Notes: generated from the sequence alone by a model not told the origin. Counted from the stretch's first letter, positions 18,113 through 29,134 are shown. The stretch is 48,510 nt of DNA from Candidatus Sumerlaeota bacterium (GCA_007132505.1 SLOM01000064.1:1-48510); one strand, 5' to 3'. Translations and numbers: made by a program.

Positions 18113-19537
18113 TCACCGCGGCGTGGGCTTTTTGGCCCAGCGCTGTCCGCCGCCGGTCTGCCGGCGCGAGCGGAAACCGTCGTAGTGGCGCATCAGCATG
18201 CGCGACTCCACCTGCTTCATCGTGTCCAGCGTCACTGCCACAACGATGATCAGCCCGGTGCCGCCGGCGAAGTCCGCCAGCACGAACGGGATGCCAAAGC
18301 CCGCCATGACGAGCTGCGGCATGACGGAGACGCTGACGAGGAAGACCGCGCCGACCAGCGTGATGCGGGTCATGACCTTGTCAATATAGTCGGCCGTCTG
18401 CTTGCCCGGCCGGTATCCCGGCACGAAGGCGCCCACGCGGCGGAGGTTGTCCGCCACGTCCTGCGGGTTGAACACGATCGCCGTATAGAAGAAGCAGAAG
18501 AAGGCCACCAGCACCGCGTACAGCAGCGTGTAGAGGTTCGCCGCCTTGAGAAGGTTGAAGATGGCACCGCGCTCCAGCCCCAGCAGATCGTAGAGGTTGT
18601 AGCGGGAGGTCATGGAGAAGAGCTCGCCGAAGAACCCGAGCCCCGTGCCCGGCGTGGCTCCCACCCAACCGAAAATCGTGGTGGGAAGCGTCAGGATCGC
18701 CATGGCGAAGATCACCGGCATGACGCCCGCCGTGTTGACCTTCAGCGGCAGGTAGTTCGTCTGCGCCTGCTGCATCTTGCGGCCGACGACCATCTTGGCG
18801 TGCTGGATCGGGATCTTGCGGGCGCCTTCCTGCACGAGTACGATCAGGATCGCCGCGAGCACCATCAGGACCGCGATCGCCAGGACGGCAAACGGGGTGA
18901 CCGCCTCAAGCCGCACGCTCGTGTACGTGGCGAGCACGTTCTGCGGGTAGGCCGCCATGATGCCCAGCGCGATGATCATCGAGATGCCGTTGCCGACCCC
19001 CTTCTCGGTGATCTTCTCGCCCAGCCACATCAGGAATGTCGTCCCTGCCGTAACCGCGATGACCGTGGTGAAGAGGAACAGGACCGGCGTCTCGCGCATG
19101 AAGGACATGATGACGGTGGGGTCCTGCATGATGAACAGGCCAAGGCCGAAGCCCTGGACGGCGGAGAGGAGGACCGTCCCATAGCGCGTGTACTGGGTGA
19201 TCTTCTTCCGTCCCGCGTCGCCTTCCTTGGCGAGCTTCTCCAGCCTGGGCACAACGACCATCATGAGCTGGAGAATAATGGAGGCGGAAATGTAGGGCAT
19301 GATACCCAGCGCCATGACGGACATGCGGGAGAAGTTGCCCCCCGTGAACAAGTCCGCCGCGCCGAACAGGCCGCCCATCGCACCCTCGGCCGTGAAGGCA
19401 TCCCGAAGATTCTCCACGTCCACGAAGGGGCAGGGGATGTGCGAGCCGATCCGGTAGATCGCGATGATCATCAGCGTGAACAGGATTCGCCGCCGGAGAT
19501 CCCGGATCGAGAAAAGGTTACGGAAGATCTGGAGCAT
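18113..19537 (-). CDS. secY: preprotein translocase subunit SecY
   Basis: 474 aa with 10 hydrophobic segments. Contains GIMPYISASIILQL, and the position between rplO and adk fits. It has a short basic C-terminal extension. Confidence 0.97.
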   Translation of the reverse strand: MLQIFRNLFSIRDLRRRILFTLMIIAIYRIGSHIPCPFVDVENLRDAFTAEGAMGGLFGAADLFTGGNFSRMSVMALGIMPYISASIILQLMMVVVPRLEKLAKEGDAGRKKITQYTRYGTVLLSAVQGFGLGLFIMQDPTVIMSFMRETPVLFLFTTVIAVTAGTTFLMWLGEKITEKGVGNGISMIIALGIMAAYPQNVLATYTSVRLEAVTPFAVLAIAVLMVLAAILIVLVQEGARKIPIQHAKMVVGRKMQQAQTNYLPLKVNTAGVMPVIFAMAILTLPTTIFGWVGATPGTGLGFFGELFSMTSRYNLYDLLGLERGAIFNLLKAANLYTLLYAVLVAFFCFFYTAIVFNPQDVADNLRRVGAFVPGYRPGKQTADYIDKVMTRITLVGAVFLVSVSVMPQLVMAGFGIPFVLADFAGGTGLIIVVAVTLDTMKQVESRMLMRHYDGFRSRRQTGGGQRWAKKPTPR

Positions 19538-19595
19538 ATGCTTCCATTCGGTCCTGAGACGTCGGTTGCCTCCTCAGCGGGAGGCGCCGGGGAAG

Positions 19596-20054
19596 TTAGG
19601 AGTTGTCCTTGGCGGTTGGCAACTCGCAAGTCCCGCCTGCGGCCTGCACTTTTTCGACGGCGGACTTGCTGGCGGCGCCGACCTTGACTGTCAGTGCCTT
19701 GGTGAGCGAGCCGTTGGCCAGCAGCTTCACTGGCTTGTTGGTCCGCACGAGCCTTGCGCTCCGCAGCGCCTGCTCGTCCACGGTGGCTCCGCTCTCGAAC
19801 TTCTTCTCAAGGCTGGAGAGGTTCACGACCTCATACTCGACCCGGTGCGGGTTCTTGAACCCGTACTTGGGGAGGCGTCGCTGCAGCGGCATCTGGCCGC
19901 CCTCGAATCCGGGCGTCTGCCGGCCGCCGGAGCGGGACTTCTGCCCCTTGTGGCCCTTGCCGGAGGTCTTGCCATGGCCGGTGCCATGGCCACGTCCGAG
20001 CCGCTTGCGCTTCTGCTGCCGTCCCGGATCGCCGGGCAGTTCATGGATCTTCAT
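19596..20054 (-). CDS. rplO: 50S ribosomal protein L15
   Basis: Contains RKRLGRGHGTGHGKTSGKGHKGQKSRSG. Confidence 0.97.
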   Translation of the reverse strand: MKIHELPGDPGRQQKRKRLGRGHGTGHGKTSGKGHKGQKSRSGGRQTPGFEGGQMPLQRRLPKYGFKNPHRVEYEVVNLSSLEKKFESGATVDEQALRSARLVRTNKPVKLLANGSLTKALTVKVGAASKSAVEKVQAAGGTCELPTAKDNS

Positions 20055-20237
20055 TTACTTCACCTCCTCCACCTCGAGCAGGTAGGAGACCTTGTCGATC
20101 ATTCCCTTCACCGAAGGGGTCAGTTCCTTTTCCACTACATGGTTGAGGCGCTTGAGTCCAAGGGCCTCGATCACCCGCCGGTGGGTCTGGCGGGTGCTGA
20201 CGGTGCTTTTCTTCCAGGTGATGCGTACTCTCTTCAT
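20055..20237 (-). CDS. rpmD: 50S ribosomal protein L30
   Basis: 60 aa: MKRVRITWKKSTVSTRQTHRRVIEALGLKRLNHVV. Directly abuts the rplO start. Confidence 0.93.
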   Translation of the reverse strand: MKRVRITWKKSTVSTRQTHRRVIEALGLKRLNHVVEKELTPSVKGMIDKVSYLLEVEEVK

Positions 20238-20294
20238 TTCGCGGTCCTCGAGTTATTGACGGCGGCCGGCGCCGCGGGTCAGGGGCGTGGAGCG

Positions 20295-21086
20295 TCAGGA
20301 CTGCTTCCCGCCGGACTCCTCGCTCTGGTTCTCTTCCTCGTCCCGCCTCCCGCCGGCGCTGTAGGTGCCGAGGCGCGCCTTGTCGCGGCGGTCGCGTTCC
20401 TGCGTGACGACGGTGTGGAAGCCGGTGAGGGCTTCCTCGCGCTGCTGGCGGTAGCGGTTGGCGGCCTTGCGGCCCATCATGTCCTCGAGCGTCTTGCCGC
20501 GGCGGGTCGCGACCGCCTCGGCCAGCTCGAGGTTGCGCAGCCCCTCGAAAGTGGCGCGCACGACATTGAGCTGGTTCTGGCTGCCGAGTGCCTTGGTCAG
20601 CACGTCCTGTACGCCGGCAAGCGTCAGGACAGCACGCGCGGGGGGACCGGCGATGAGTCCGGTACCTTCGGAAGCGGGCTTGAGAAGCACGCGCCCGGCG
20701 CCGAACCGTCCGATTGTCTCGAAGGGAATCGTCCGCCCCACGAGCGGGACACGGATGAGTGCCTTCTTGGCAGCCTCGACCCCCTTGGCGATTGAGTCGG
20801 GCACCTCGTTGGCCTTGCCGAAGCCGACACCGACATGACCGGCACCGTCGCCGACGACGACCAAGGCGGCGAAGCTGAAACGCCGTCCGCCCTTCACCAC
20901 CTTCGCCACGCGGTTGAGCGCCACGACATCTTCCTGGAGGTTCAGCGTGGAGGGATCAATTGGGGCGCGGAAGATTTCCACCGCCTGGGAGATCTGCTCC
21001 GCCGATGAGGGGGCTTCGGGTGCCTGCTGCTGCGCCCGGGCGCCTTCCAGGCTGTCGTCCTTATTGAATTGCGGCTCGTTGCTCAA
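20295..21086 (-). CDS. rpsE: 30S ribosomal protein S5 (with N- and C-terminal extensions)
   Basis: The core is [36 protein letters not shown]...GTGLIAG. At 263 aa it is well above the usual size of about 170 aa. Confidence 0.95.
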   Translation of the reverse strand: MSNEPQFNKDDSLEGARAQQQAPEAPSSAEQISQAVEIFRAPIDPSTLNLQEDVVALNRVAKVVKGGRRFSFAALVVVGDGAGHVGVGFGKANEVPDSIAKGVEAAKKALIRVPLVGRTIPFETIGRFGAGRVLLKPASEGTGLIAGPPARAVLTLAGVQDVLTKALGSQNQLNVVRATFEGLRNLELAEAVATRRGKTLEDMMGRKAANRYRQQREEALTGFHTVVTQERDRRDKARLGTYSAGGRRDEEENQSEESGGKQS

Positions 21087-21122
21087 CGATATGGTCCTTT
21101 CTTCTGCTTGCCAGTCGGAGGG

Positions 21123-21488
21123 TTAGAATTGGATTCCGGCTTCGCGCACGCCGTCGGCGAGCGCCTTGACGCATCCGTGGTAGCGGTATCCGCCGCGGTC
21201 GAAGACGATCCGCTCGATGCCGCGCGATTTCAGTTCCTTGCCGACGGTCTGCCCGAGCTGGCCCGCCTGCTCGATGTTGCGCATGTGCTTGCCGGCGGTC
21301 TCCTTGCTCAGGGTCGTGAAGGTGGCCACCGTGTGGCACCCCGTGGCGGGGCTGTCGTCGGTGATGGTGGCGTAAAGGTGCTTGAGCGTCTTGCGCACGC
21401 ACAGGCGCGGACGTTCGTTCGTGCCCCTGACCTTCTTGCGCACGCTCAGATGCCGGCGCCGCCTCTTGTCGTGTCTTGTCAGTCTCAT
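21123..21488 (-). CDS. rplR: 50S ribosomal protein L18
   Basis: Contains RRRRHLSVRKKVRGTNERPRLCVRKTLKHLYA and FDRGGYRYHGCVKALADGVREAG. Confidence 0.97.
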   Translation of the reverse strand: MRLTRHDKRRRRHLSVRKKVRGTNERPRLCVRKTLKHLYATITDDSPATGCHTVATFTTLSKETAGKHMRNIEQAGQLGQTVGKELKSRGIERIVFDRGGYRYHGCVKALADGVREAGIQF

Positions 21489-21562
21489 CTCTTCTTTTTC
21501 TCCTGCCCTCCGGGAGGCTACGCGTTGTAGCAGCCTCCAGGCAAAAGTGGAATGGTTGGCCG

Positions 21563-22099
21563 TTACTTGGTGGACTTGCCGGCCTTGCGGATTACGCGCT
21601 CGCCCACGTACCGGATGCCCTTGCCCTTGTAGGGCTCGACCGGGCGCACGGACCGGATCTCCGAGGCGGTCTGCCCCACCACCTGCTTGTCGACGCCCTC
21701 GACCACGATGGAGGTGGGCTTGGGCACCTGGAAGGTTATCCCATCGGGCGCCTTGTAGATCACTGGGTTGCTGTACCCCATGTTCATGCTGAGGTCGCGG
21801 CCCTGAAGCGCCACGCGATAGCCGACACCCTGGATTTCCAGCTCCCTTCGGAAGCCCTCGGTGACGCCGGTCACGCAGTTGCTGAGCAGGCGCTGGTAGA
21901 GCCCGTGGTAGGCACGGGCCTGGCGCGAGTCGTCGAAGCGCTGGACGACGAGGGCGCCGTCCTCGTTGGTCACCTTGACCCGGCCATGGTGCTCCATGCC
22001 GAGAGTGCCCTTGGGGCCCTTCACGGTGACCTGGGTTGGGGTCAGCTTGACCTCAACCTTCTCGGGGATCTTGATCGGGACTTTTCCAATGCGGCTCAC
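21563..22099 (-). CDS. rplF: 50S ribosomal protein L6
   Basis: Begins MSRIGKVPIKIPEKVEVKL and contains PEPYKGKGIRY. Confidence 0.97.
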   Translation of the reverse strand: MSRIGKVPIKIPEKVEVKLTPTQVTVKGPKGTLGMEHHGRVKVTNEDGALVVQRFDDSRQARAYHGLYQRLLSNCVTGVTEGFRRELEIQGVGYRVALQGRDLSMNMGYSNPVIYKAPDGITFQVPKPTSIVVEGVDKQVVGQTASEIRSVRPVEPYKGKGIRYVGERVIRKAGKSTK

Positions 22100-22150
22100 C
22101 GCCGTTTCCTCCGTTCGCGTCGTTTGCGTCGTTGTGTGTCCAGGGTTTCG

Positions 22151-22546
22151 TTACCAGACGGCGCAGAGCACCTCTCCGCCGATGTTGCGCTGCCGGCACT
22201 CCCGGCCAGTGAGGATTCCCTGTGAGGTGGAGAGAATCGTGATGCCAAGGCCACCGCGCACGTGCGGGATGTTCTCGGCCTTCATGTAGGTGCGCAGACC
22301 GGGGCTGCTGATGCGGCGCAGGCCGGCCAGGGTGCGCTCCTTGTTCGGTCCGTACTTGAGGAAGATGCGGATCGTGCCCTGCTTGGTGTTCCGCACCACC
22401 TTGTAGTACTTGATGAAGCCCTCATCCTTGAGGATGCGCGCGATCGCGACCTTCATCTTGGAACTGGGGATGTCAACATGGTCGAGGGCGGCCATGTTGG
22501 CGTTCCGGATTCGGGTCAGCATGTCGGCAATCGGGTCGGAATTCAT
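22151..22546 (-). CDS. rpsH: 30S ribosomal protein S8
   Basis: Begins [19 protein letters not shown] and ends GGEVLCAVW. Start trimmed from the ORF-track 22861 to the ATG at 22546. Confidence 0.96.
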   Translation of the reverse strand: MNSDPIADMLTRIRNANMAALDHVDIPSSKMKVAIARILKDEGFIKYYKVVRNTKQGTIRIFLKYGPNKERTLAGLRRISSPGLRTYMKAENIPHVRGGLGITILSTSQGILTGRECRQRNIGGEVLCAVW

Positions 22547-22578
22547 ACTTCTGGCAGTCCTCCTGTGGATCGGGCCGG

Positions 22579-23178
22579 TCAGTTGCGGAATGGCATGCCG
22601 AGGAGCCGCAGCAGCTCCTTGGCTTCCTGGTCGGACTTGGCGTTGGTGACGAAGGTGATGTTCATGCCACGGGTGCGCGAGACCTTGTCGTAGTCCAGCT
22701 CGACGAAGATGAGGTGCTCGCGGATGCCCATGGAGTAGTTCCCGCGCCCATCGAAGCTGCGGCCGGAGATACCCCGGAAGTCGCGCACACGGGGCAGGGC
22801 TACGTGGACCAGACGGTCCATGAACTCCCACATGCGGGCGCCGCGCAGGGTGACGAAGCACCCGACGGGCATGCCCTGACGAATCTTGAAGGATGCCACG
22901 GAGAGCTTGGCGCGCGTGAGGCGGGGCTTCTGGCCGGTGATGATGGCCAGCTCCTTCTCCGCGGCGTCCAGCTCCTTGATGTCCCGGGCTGCCTCTCCCA
23001 CGCCCATGTTGACCGTGATCTTCTTGAGCGTGGGGATTTCCATGGGGTTGCGGTAGGCGAACTTCTCGCGCATTGCGGGTGCGACTTCCTCGCGGTACTT
23101 GCGGAGAAGGCGCGGGAGTAGCGCAGGCCCGGGCGCGGGGGCGCCAGCGGTGGCGGCAGTTTCGGCTTTGTCAGTCAT
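22579..23178 (-). CDS. rplE: 50S ribosomal protein L5
   Basis: Contains [28 protein letters not shown] and the tail LLGMPFRN. It has an Ala/Pro-rich N-terminal extension of about 20 aa. Confidence 0.96.
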   Translation of the reverse strand: MTDKAETAATAGAPAPGPALLPRLLRKYREEVAPAMREKFAYRNPMEIPTLKKITVNMGVGEAARDIKELDAAEKELAIITGQKPRLTRAKLSVASFKIRQGMPVGCFVTLRGARMWEFMDRLVHVALPRVRDFRGISGRSFDGRGNYSMGIREHLIFVELDYDKVSRTRGMNITFVTNAKSDQEAKELLRLLGMPFRN

Positions 23179-23232
23179 AGTCCGTTCTTGCTCCGGCTCT
23201 AAAGCTCCCGAGGTTTCGCCCCTGGACGTTGA

Positions 23233-23565
23233 TCAGTCCAGGACGGTTCCCGAGGCGTTCTTTCCTTTGGTGACGCGGACCTTGCGGCCGTCTTCCTCGA
23301 AGCGGTAGCCGATGCGGGCCGCGCTTTGGGTCTTGGGGTCCACGATGGCGACGTTGCTGATGTCAATGGGCGCTTCGCGCTCCTCGATGCCGCCGGTCTG
23401 GCCCGCCTTGTCGCGGCGGACGCGCTCGTGGTGGGTCTTGTAGTTGACGCCCTCGACGACGACTTTGCGCCGCTTGACGTCAACCTGCAGGATACGGCCC
23501 TGCTTGCCCTTGTCGTTTCCGTTGATCACTTCGACCAGATCGTCTCTGCGCAGTTTTATGCTCAT
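23233..23565 (-). CDS. rplX: 50S ribosomal protein L24
   Basis: Begins [28 protein letters not shown] (KOW motif). Confidence 0.96.
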   Translation of the reverse strand: MSIKLRRDDLVEVINGNDKGKQGRILQVDVKRRKVVVEGVNYKTHHERVRRDKAGQTGGIEEREAPIDISNVAIVDPKTQSAARIGYRFEEDGRKVRVTKGKNASGTVLD

Positions 23566-23625
23566 GGCGTTGGGCTCTCTGCTCCTCTTCCGCGTTGGCC
23601 CCGTGATGGGGCGGCGCCGGAGGGG

Positions 23626-23994
23626 CTACATGACCTCCGGAGCAAGGGAGATGATCTTCATGAAGCGGCGGGCGCGCAGCTCGCGTCCCACGGCCCCGAA
23701 GATACGCGTCCCCAGGGGTTCGTTCTGATTGTTGATGAGCACGGCGGCGTTGTCGTCGAAGCGGATGTACGACCCGTCCTCGCGGCGCACCTCCTTGCGG
23801 GTGCGGACGACGACGGCCTTCACGACGGTGCCCTTCTTGACGTTTCCATGCGGATCGGCGTCGCGCACCGAGCAGACGATCACGTCGCCGATCGAAGCGT
23901 AGCGCCGGCGTGACCCGCCAAGGACCTTGAAGCAGCGCACGCGCCGCGCCCCGCTGTTGTCCGCCACTCTGAGTACGGAATATTCCTGGATCAT
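23626..23994 (-). CDS. rplN: 50S ribosomal protein L14
   Basis: Begins [27 protein letters not shown]. Confidence 0.98.
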   Translation of the reverse strand: MIQEYSVLRVADNSGARRVRCFKVLGGSRRRYASIGDVIVCSVRDADPHGNVKKGTVVKAVVVRTRKEVRREDGSYIRFDDNAAVLINNQNEPLGTRIFGAVGRELRARRFMKIISLAPEVM

Positions 23995-24028
23995 CGGTTT
24001 CCCTTAGCCTCGCTATGAGCCGGTTTGC

Positions 24029-24319
24029 TTACTTGGCGCGCTCAACGACGCGCACCAGCCGCCAGCGCTTGAGCTTGCTCAGCGGCCGGGTCATTTCCGC
24101 CACCTCCACGGTGTCGCCGATGCCGGCGGTGTTCGCCTCGTCGTGGACGTAGAGCTTTTTGCGCCGGCGGATGTACTTGTGATAGAGCGGATGCTTCATC
24201 AGCCGGTTGACGACGACGACAAGCGTCTTGTCCATCTTGTTGCTTGCCACCTGTCCCACGCGGACTCTCGGGCGGGGCTTGATCGTGGCCTTCTCTTTCT
24301 TTTCCGCGGCTTCGGCCAT
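24029..24319 (-). CDS. rpsQ: 30S ribosomal protein S17
   Basis: Contains [41 protein letters not shown]. Confidence 0.96.
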   Translation of the reverse strand: MAEAAEKKEKATIKPRPRVRVGQVASNKMDKTLVVVVNRLMKHPLYHKYIRRRKKLYVHDEANTAGIGDTVEVAEMTRPLSKLKRWRLVRVVERAK

Positions 24320-24396
24320 GGGGCCAAACTCCTCTGCTTACAGTAGGTGAACGGGCTGGTGTTGCGCGCCGTGGCGCGCGGTTTCATTCAGGACGG

Positions 24397-24609
24397 CTAC
24401 TTGCCTGCGGCCTCGGCCCGCTGACGCTCGTTCACGACCGTCTGAATGCGGGCAAAGTCCCGGCGGAGGATCTTGATCCGGCTCGTGTTCGGGTCTTCCT
24501 TCGTGACCTGCTTGTGGCGGATATCGTAGATTTCCTTCTGGATTTCCGCCGCGCGCACGGCCAGTTCGGTGTCGTCCATCTCGCGCAGTTGCGCTGCTTT
24601 CAGTGCCAT
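24397..24609 (-). CDS. rpmC: 50S ribosomal protein L29
   Basis: 70 aa, begins MALKAAQLREMDDTELAVRAAEIQKEIYDIRHK. Confidence 0.93.
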   Translation of the reverse strand: MALKAAQLREMDDTELAVRAAEIQKEIYDIRHKQVTKEDPNTSRIKILRRDFARIQTVVNERQRAEAAGK

Positions 24610-24640
24610 GATTTCAGTTCCTCGGCTTGGTGCCTTCCTC

Positions 24641-25084
24641 TCAGGTTTCGCTCGCGGCGGCGGCTTCCGCCATGACTTCCGGGCGCATCACGAACTTTGC
24701 CTTCACGGGGAGCTTGTGGATGGCGCGGGTCATTGCCTTGCGGGCCAGGTCGGGGGTGACACCCTCGAGTTCGAAAAGGATACGGCCGGGCTTGACGACG
24801 GCGACCCAGTGCTCGGGGTTGCCCTTGCCCTTGCCCATCCGGGTTTCGGCCGGCTTCACGGTGAGCGGCTTGTCGGGGAAGATGCGAATCCAGAGCTTCC
24901 CGCCGCGGCGGACCGTCCGGTTGATGGCCACACGGGCTGCCTCGATCTGCCGGTTGCTGACCCAGCCGCACTCGAGCGCCTTGATGCCGTAGGAGCCGAA
25001 GCTGATCGTGGCGCCACGCTGGGCTTTGCCCCGGCGCTTGCCTTTCTGGACTTTGCGGTGTTTCGGTCGTTTCGGTAGAAGCAT
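24641..25084 (-). CDS. rplP: 50S ribosomal protein L16
   Basis: Begins [19 protein letters not shown] and contains [24 protein letters not shown]. Confidence 0.97.
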   Translation of the reverse strand: MLLPKRPKHRKVQKGKRRGKAQRGATISFGSYGIKALECGWVSNRQIEAARVAINRTVRRGGKLWIRIFPDKPLTVKPAETRMGKGKGNPEHWVAVVKPGRILFELEGVTPDLARKAMTRAIHKLPVKAKFVMRPEVMAEAAAASET

Positions 25085-25125
25085 GTTCGCTTATCCTTGG
25101 AATCGTGACGCGCGCGTGGTCCGCG

Positions 25126-25773
25126 TTATTTCTTTTCGCCTTCTTCCGGGAAGACCTCGCCGCGGAAGACCCATGCCTTCACGCCGATGACTCCGGACTT
25201 TGTCTGGGCTTCGGCGAGCCCGTAGTCAATATCCGCCCGCAGGGTGTGGAGAGGGACGCGGCCCTCGCGGTACCACTCGGTGCGGCTCATTTCCGATCCG
25301 CCAAGGCGGCCGGCGCACTGAATCTTGACGCCCAAGGCTCCATCCTTCATGCAGGCCTGTACGGTCTTCTTCATGGCCCGGCGGAAGGAGATGCGGCGCA
25401 TGAGCTGCCCTGCGACGTTCTCCGCCACGAGCTGGGCGTTCAGGTTCGGGCGTTTCACTTCCTCGATGGTCACGACCACTTCCTTGCCGCCGGTCAGGTC
25501 CTTGAGGGCGGTGCGAAGTTGGTCAATGGATTCCCCCTTCTTGCCGATCACGATGCCCGGGCGGGCCGTGTGGATGGTGACCTTCGCCCTGCGCGTGGCG
25601 CGTTCGATTTCCACGTGGGAGATGCCCGCGTGGTGGAACTGCTTCTTGACGAGCTTGCGGATGGCGATGTCCTCGTGGAGCAGGTCCTTATACTGTTTCG
25701 GGGAGTAGGCGCGGGTCCGCCACTCCTTGATGACGCCGAGGCGAAAGCCGTAGGGGTGAATTTTCTGACCCAA
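25126..25773 (-). CDS. rpsC: 30S ribosomal protein S3
   Basis: The product begins (M)[17 protein letters not shown] from a TTG at 25773, preceded by AGGAGG 8 nt upstream. There is no ATG at the conserved N-terminus. The ORF-track start at 25857 overlaps rplV. Confidence 0.93.
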   Translation of the reverse strand: MGQKIHPYGFRLGVIKEWRTRAYSPKQYKDLLHEDIAIRKLVKKQFHHAGISHVEIERATRRAKVTIHTARPGIVIGKKGESIDQLRTALKDLTGGKEVVVTIEEVKRPNLNAQLVAENVAGQLMRRISFRRAMKKTVQACMKDGALGVKIQCAGRLGGSEMSRTEWYREGRVPLHTLRADIDYGLAEAQTKSGVIGVKAWVFRGEVFPEEGEKK

Positions 25774-25817
25774 AGTGTGTGACCTCCTGGTTTCCTTTCC
25801 GTGGAGAGAAGGGGTGC

Positions 25818-26198
25818 CTAGTCTTCCTGTTCCGTCAGGGCGATCTGGATGTGGCACTGGCGCTTTCTGATGCGCACGGCCCGGCCCATGGAGGCGGGGC
25901 GGATGCGCTTGATCATGGGCGCGTCGTCCACGAGTGCCTCGCCGATGACGAGCGACTCGGGTTGCGGGTGTGTCTCGCGCGCGGAGGCGATGGCCGCGAG
26001 CAGCGAGCGGCGGACGTAGGGCACGGCCGAGGGACGCTGGGTGAACTGCAGGATTTCGAGGGCCTCCCCGGCGGTCTTACCCCGGATAAGGTCCATCACG
26101 ATGCGCGCCTTGCGCGCGGAACAACGGACGAAGCGGGCGAGGGACTTGCCCTGGATTTCCCTGCCGTCGTTGGTCTTGGTCTTTGTCACGCTCGCCAT
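25818..26198 (-). CDS. rplV: 50S ribosomal protein L22
   Basis: Contains [32 protein letters not shown]. Start trimmed to the ATG at 26198. Confidence 0.95.
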   Translation of the reverse strand: MASVTKTKTNDGREIQGKSLARFVRCSARKARIVMDLIRGKTAGEALEILQFTQRPSAVPYVRRSLLAAIASARETHPQPESLVIGEALVDDAPMIKRIRPASMGRAVRIRKRQCHIQIALTEQED

Positions 26199-26244
26199 TT
26201 GCGAAACTCTCCTGGGTGTTCGGCGAATTCTTGGTTCCCGTGGC

Positions 26245-26523
26245 CTAGCGGGTGGCCTTGGCCGTCTTGCCGCCGTGCGAACGGAAGGCGCGCGTGGGGG
26301 CAAACTCTCCGAGCTTGTGTCCCACCATGTGCTCGGTCACGAAGACCGGCACGAAGGCCTTGCCGTTATGCACCGCGATGGTGTGGCCGATCATCTCCGG
26401 CGTGATCGTGGAGCGGCGCGACCAGGTCTTGATCGCCCGTTTCTCGTTCGTGGCGTTCAGCGCCTCCACCTTCTCCATGAGATGGTAGTCAACGTAGGGA
26501 GGCTTCTTGAGTGAACGGCTCAT
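26245..26523 (-). CDS. rpsS: 30S ribosomal protein S19
   Basis: Begins [19 protein letters not shown] and contains [29 protein letters not shown]. Confidence 0.98.
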   Translation of the reverse strand: MSRSLKKPPYVDYHLMEKVEALNATNEKRAIKTWSRRSTITPEMIGHTIAVHNGKAFVPVFVTEHMVGHKLGEFAPTRAFRSHGGKTAKATR

Positions 26524-26583
26524 GCGCTGCTTCCTCTTTTGCGGTCTTTCCTGGCCTGTTGTGCGGCCCGCTGGGGAGCCGGG

Positions 26584-27411
26584 TTACTTCGTGCGGCGCT
26601 TGACGATCAGGGCGCTGCTCTTCTTCTTCTTCTTGCGGGTGGCCAGACCCTTTGCCTTCTGGCCCCAGGGCGAGCAGGGCTGCCGGCCACCGGAGGAGCG
26701 GCCTTCACCGCCGCCCATCGGGTGGTCCACCGGGTTCATGGTCACGCCGCGGTTGTGCGGGCGCCGGCCGAGCCAGCGCGAACGGCCAGCCTTCCCGATG
26801 CTGACCAGCTCGTGGTCCTGATTGCCGACCTGGCCGATGACGGCGCGGCACTCCGAGCGCACCATGCGCACTTCGCCGGATGGGAGGCGCAGGGTGGCCA
26901 TCGCGCCCTCCCGGGCAAGGAGCATGACGCTGTTGCCGGCCGAGCGGGCCAGCTGCGCTCCGCCCTTGGGCCGCAGTTCGACGCAGTGGATGGTTGTGCC
27001 GACGGGAATCTTGGCAAGCGGCAGGCAGTTGCCGATGCGGATTTCCGCCTCCGGCCCGTTCATGATCTTCGCGCCTGGCTGCAGTCCGCGCGGGGCGATG
27101 ATGTAGGCCTTCTCCCCGTCAGCGTAGTGCAGCAGGGCGATGTGCGCGGAGCGGTACGGATCGTACTCGATGGCGGCAACCTTCGCCGGCACACCGTCCT
27201 TGCGGCGCTTGAAGTCCACCTTGCGGTAGAGGCGCTTGTGGCGCCCGCCGCGGAACCGGCTCGTGATGCGCCCATGGTGGTTGTGCCCCGCCTTGTAGGG
27301 CAGGCGCTCTACGAGCGACTTTTCCGGCCGCTTGTCCGTCAGCTCGCTGAAGTCCAGCGAGGTCAGGGTGCGGCGGGAGGGAGTGTATGGCCGGTAACGT
27401 TTGATCGGCAT
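26584..27411 (-). CDS. rplB: 50S ribosomal protein L2
   Basis: Begins [14 protein letters not shown] and contains [13 protein letters not shown]. Confidence 0.98.
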   Translation of the reverse strand: MPIKRYRPYTPSRRTLTSLDFSELTDKRPEKSLVERLPYKAGHNHHGRITSRFRGGRHKRLYRKVDFKRRKDGVPAKVAAIEYDPYRSAHIALLHYADGEKAYIIAPRGLQPGAKIMNGPEAEIRIGNCLPLAKIPVGTTIHCVELRPKGGAQLARSAGNSVMLLAREGAMATLRLPSGEVRMVRSECRAVIGQVGNQDHELVSIGKAGRSRWLGRRPHNRGVTMNPVDHPMGGGEGRSSGGRQPCSPWGQKAKGLATRKKKKKSSALIVKRRTK

Positions 27412-27437
27412 GGCTCTGTCGCTTTCGCGAGTGCTCC

Positions 27438-27746
27438 TTAGACGAGTTCGATCTGGTGACCTTCAGCGAGGGTCACGAGAGCTTTCTTGGTATCGGGACG
27501 CTTGCCCGGCTTGGCGCCGCGCATCCTCGGGCGATGCACCTTCCCCTTGTGGGTGGTGGTGTTGACGCTGGCGACCTTGACGCCGTAAGCGGCCTCGACG
27601 GCCCAGCGGATCTCGCGCTTGTTGGCGGACTTGTGCACCTGGAAGGTGTACTGGTGGTGTCCGCCACTGGTGGCGCCACCGGCAAGGTTGAGCGACTTCT
27701 CGGTCAGGACCGGGCGGAGAAGAATCTCGTAGGGGCTCTTGCTCAT
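27438..27746 (-). CDS. rplW: 50S ribosomal protein L23
   Basis: Contains [30 protein letters not shown] and [10 protein letters not shown]. Overlaps the rplD stop by 4 nt. Confidence 0.95.
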   Translation of the reverse strand: MSKSPYEILLRPVLTEKSLNLAGGATSGGHHQYTFQVHKSANKREIRWAVEAAYGVKVASVNTTTHKGKVHRPRMRGAKPGKRPDTKKALVTLAEGHQIELV

Positions 27747-28390
27747 GGCTTCAGCCTTTCTTGGAGGGCTTCGGCGGCTTCGCGCGTGAGGACGAGTGCC
27801 TCGCAGGTAAGCAGGTCGAAGATGGAAATCGCCCCGACGACCTCCACCCGCGCGGGGGCTTCGCTTGATCCCGCCAGATTGCGGGTGGCGCGGATCAGGG
27901 GCTCGTCCTTGTCCTTCGTGACGAAGAGTGTCTTCTTCCCCTTGATGCCGAGGCGCTCGAGCAGTGCCACGGCTTCACGTGTCTTCGGGCTGCCGGAGAG
28001 GTCCAGCGAGTCGAGAATGTGAATCTCCCCTGCGTCGAGCTTGGAAGAGAGGAGCGCCCGGAAGGCCCCGCGTCGCTTGTTGCGGTTGACCTTCTCGCGG
28101 TAGTCGCGCGGTTGGGGGCCGAAGACCACGGCACCGCCGCGCCAGAGGGGCGAGCGGATCGTGCCGGCGCGGGCACGGCCCGTGCCCTTCTGCTTCCATG
28201 GCTTGCGGCCGCCGCCACGCACCTGGCCACGGGATTTGGTGGCATGCGTTCCCTGGCGCTGGTTGGCCATGTGGGCGTTGTAGACTTCGCGGACGAGAAC
28301 GGCGTGCCGGTGGGCCTCGAAGACCTCCGGGCGGAGTTCGATCTCTCCGGTGTCAGCGCCCTGCTGGTTTTTCACGGTGATCTTTGCCAT
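27743..28390 (-). CDS. rplD: 50S ribosomal protein L4
   Basis: Contains GTHATKSRGQVRGGGRKPWKQKGTGRARAGTIRSPLWRGG. Confidence 0.97.
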   Translation of the reverse strand: MAKITVKNQQGADTGEIELRPEVFEAHRHAVLVREVYNAHMANQRQGTHATKSRGQVRGGGRKPWKQKGTGRARAGTIRSPLWRGGAVVFGPQPRDYREKVNRNKRRGAFRALLSSKLDAGEIHILDSLDLSGSPKTREAVALLERLGIKGKKTLFVTKDKDEPLIRATRNLAGSSEAPARVEVVGAISIFDLLTCEALVLTREAAEALQERLKP

Positions 28391-28410
28391 TGGTTACCTT
28401 GGTTCCTCCC

Positions 28411-29052
28411 TCAACTGGCCTGGGGGGCGGGCTTGCCCTTGCGGATGACCACATATCCGCCGTTCGCACCGGGGACCGAGCCCTTGACCACGAGGATGTT
28501 GCGGGCGATGTCGGTCTTGACGACCTTGAGGTTGCGGGTTGTGACACGCTCGGCGCCGTACCGTCCTGCAGAGGGCTTGCCCTTGAAAACCCGGGAGGGG
28601 TCCGAGGCCCCGCCCATGGAGCCGGGGCGGTTGTGGTACATGGAGCCGTGCGTCTTTGGCCCGGGGTGGGAGCCGTGGCGCTTGCGTACCGAGGCGAAGC
28701 CGCGGCCCTTGCTCGATCCGGTCACATGGACACTCTCGCCTTCCTCGAACATCTCAACCGAGAGAGTCTGACCGACTTCGAGTTCCGCCGTTTCCTCGCC
28801 CCTGATTTCGCGGACGAAGCGGACGGGGGTGGTGCCGGCCTTGCGGAAGTGCCCGGCGTCGGGACGATTGGTGGTGCGCTCGGGCTTCTGATCGAAGCCA
28901 AGCTGCACCGCGTCGTACCCATCGCTGTCGGCCGTGCGCTTCTGAATCACGGGGCAGGGGCCAGCCTGTATGAGTGTGACGGGGACAATGGCGCCCTTCT
29001 CATCGAAGAGCTGTGTCATCCCGATTTTCTTTCCAAGTAGTCCGAGTGGCAT
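28411..29052 (-). CDS. rplC: 50S ribosomal protein L3
   Basis: Begins [36 protein letters not shown] at 29052 is preceded by GGAGG. The ORF-track start at 29118 is an extension. Confidence 0.96.
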   Translation of the reverse strand: MPLGLLGKKIGMTQLFDEKGAIVPVTLIQAGPCPVIQKRTADSDGYDAVQLGFDQKPERTTNRPDAGHFRKAGTTPVRFVREIRGEETAELEVGQTLSVEMFEEGESVHVTGSSKGRGFASVRKRHGSHPGPKTHGSMYHNRPGSMGGASDPSRVFKGKPSAGRYGAERVTTRNLKVVKTDIARNILVVKGSVPGANGGYVVIRKGKPAPQAS

Positions 29053-29134
29053 ACTTCCCGGAACCTCCGTTCTTTCGCCTGCCTCCGGCCTTGGGAGTGG
29101 ACCCGTGGCGTTCAACATGGCGTCTGCGTCTTCA

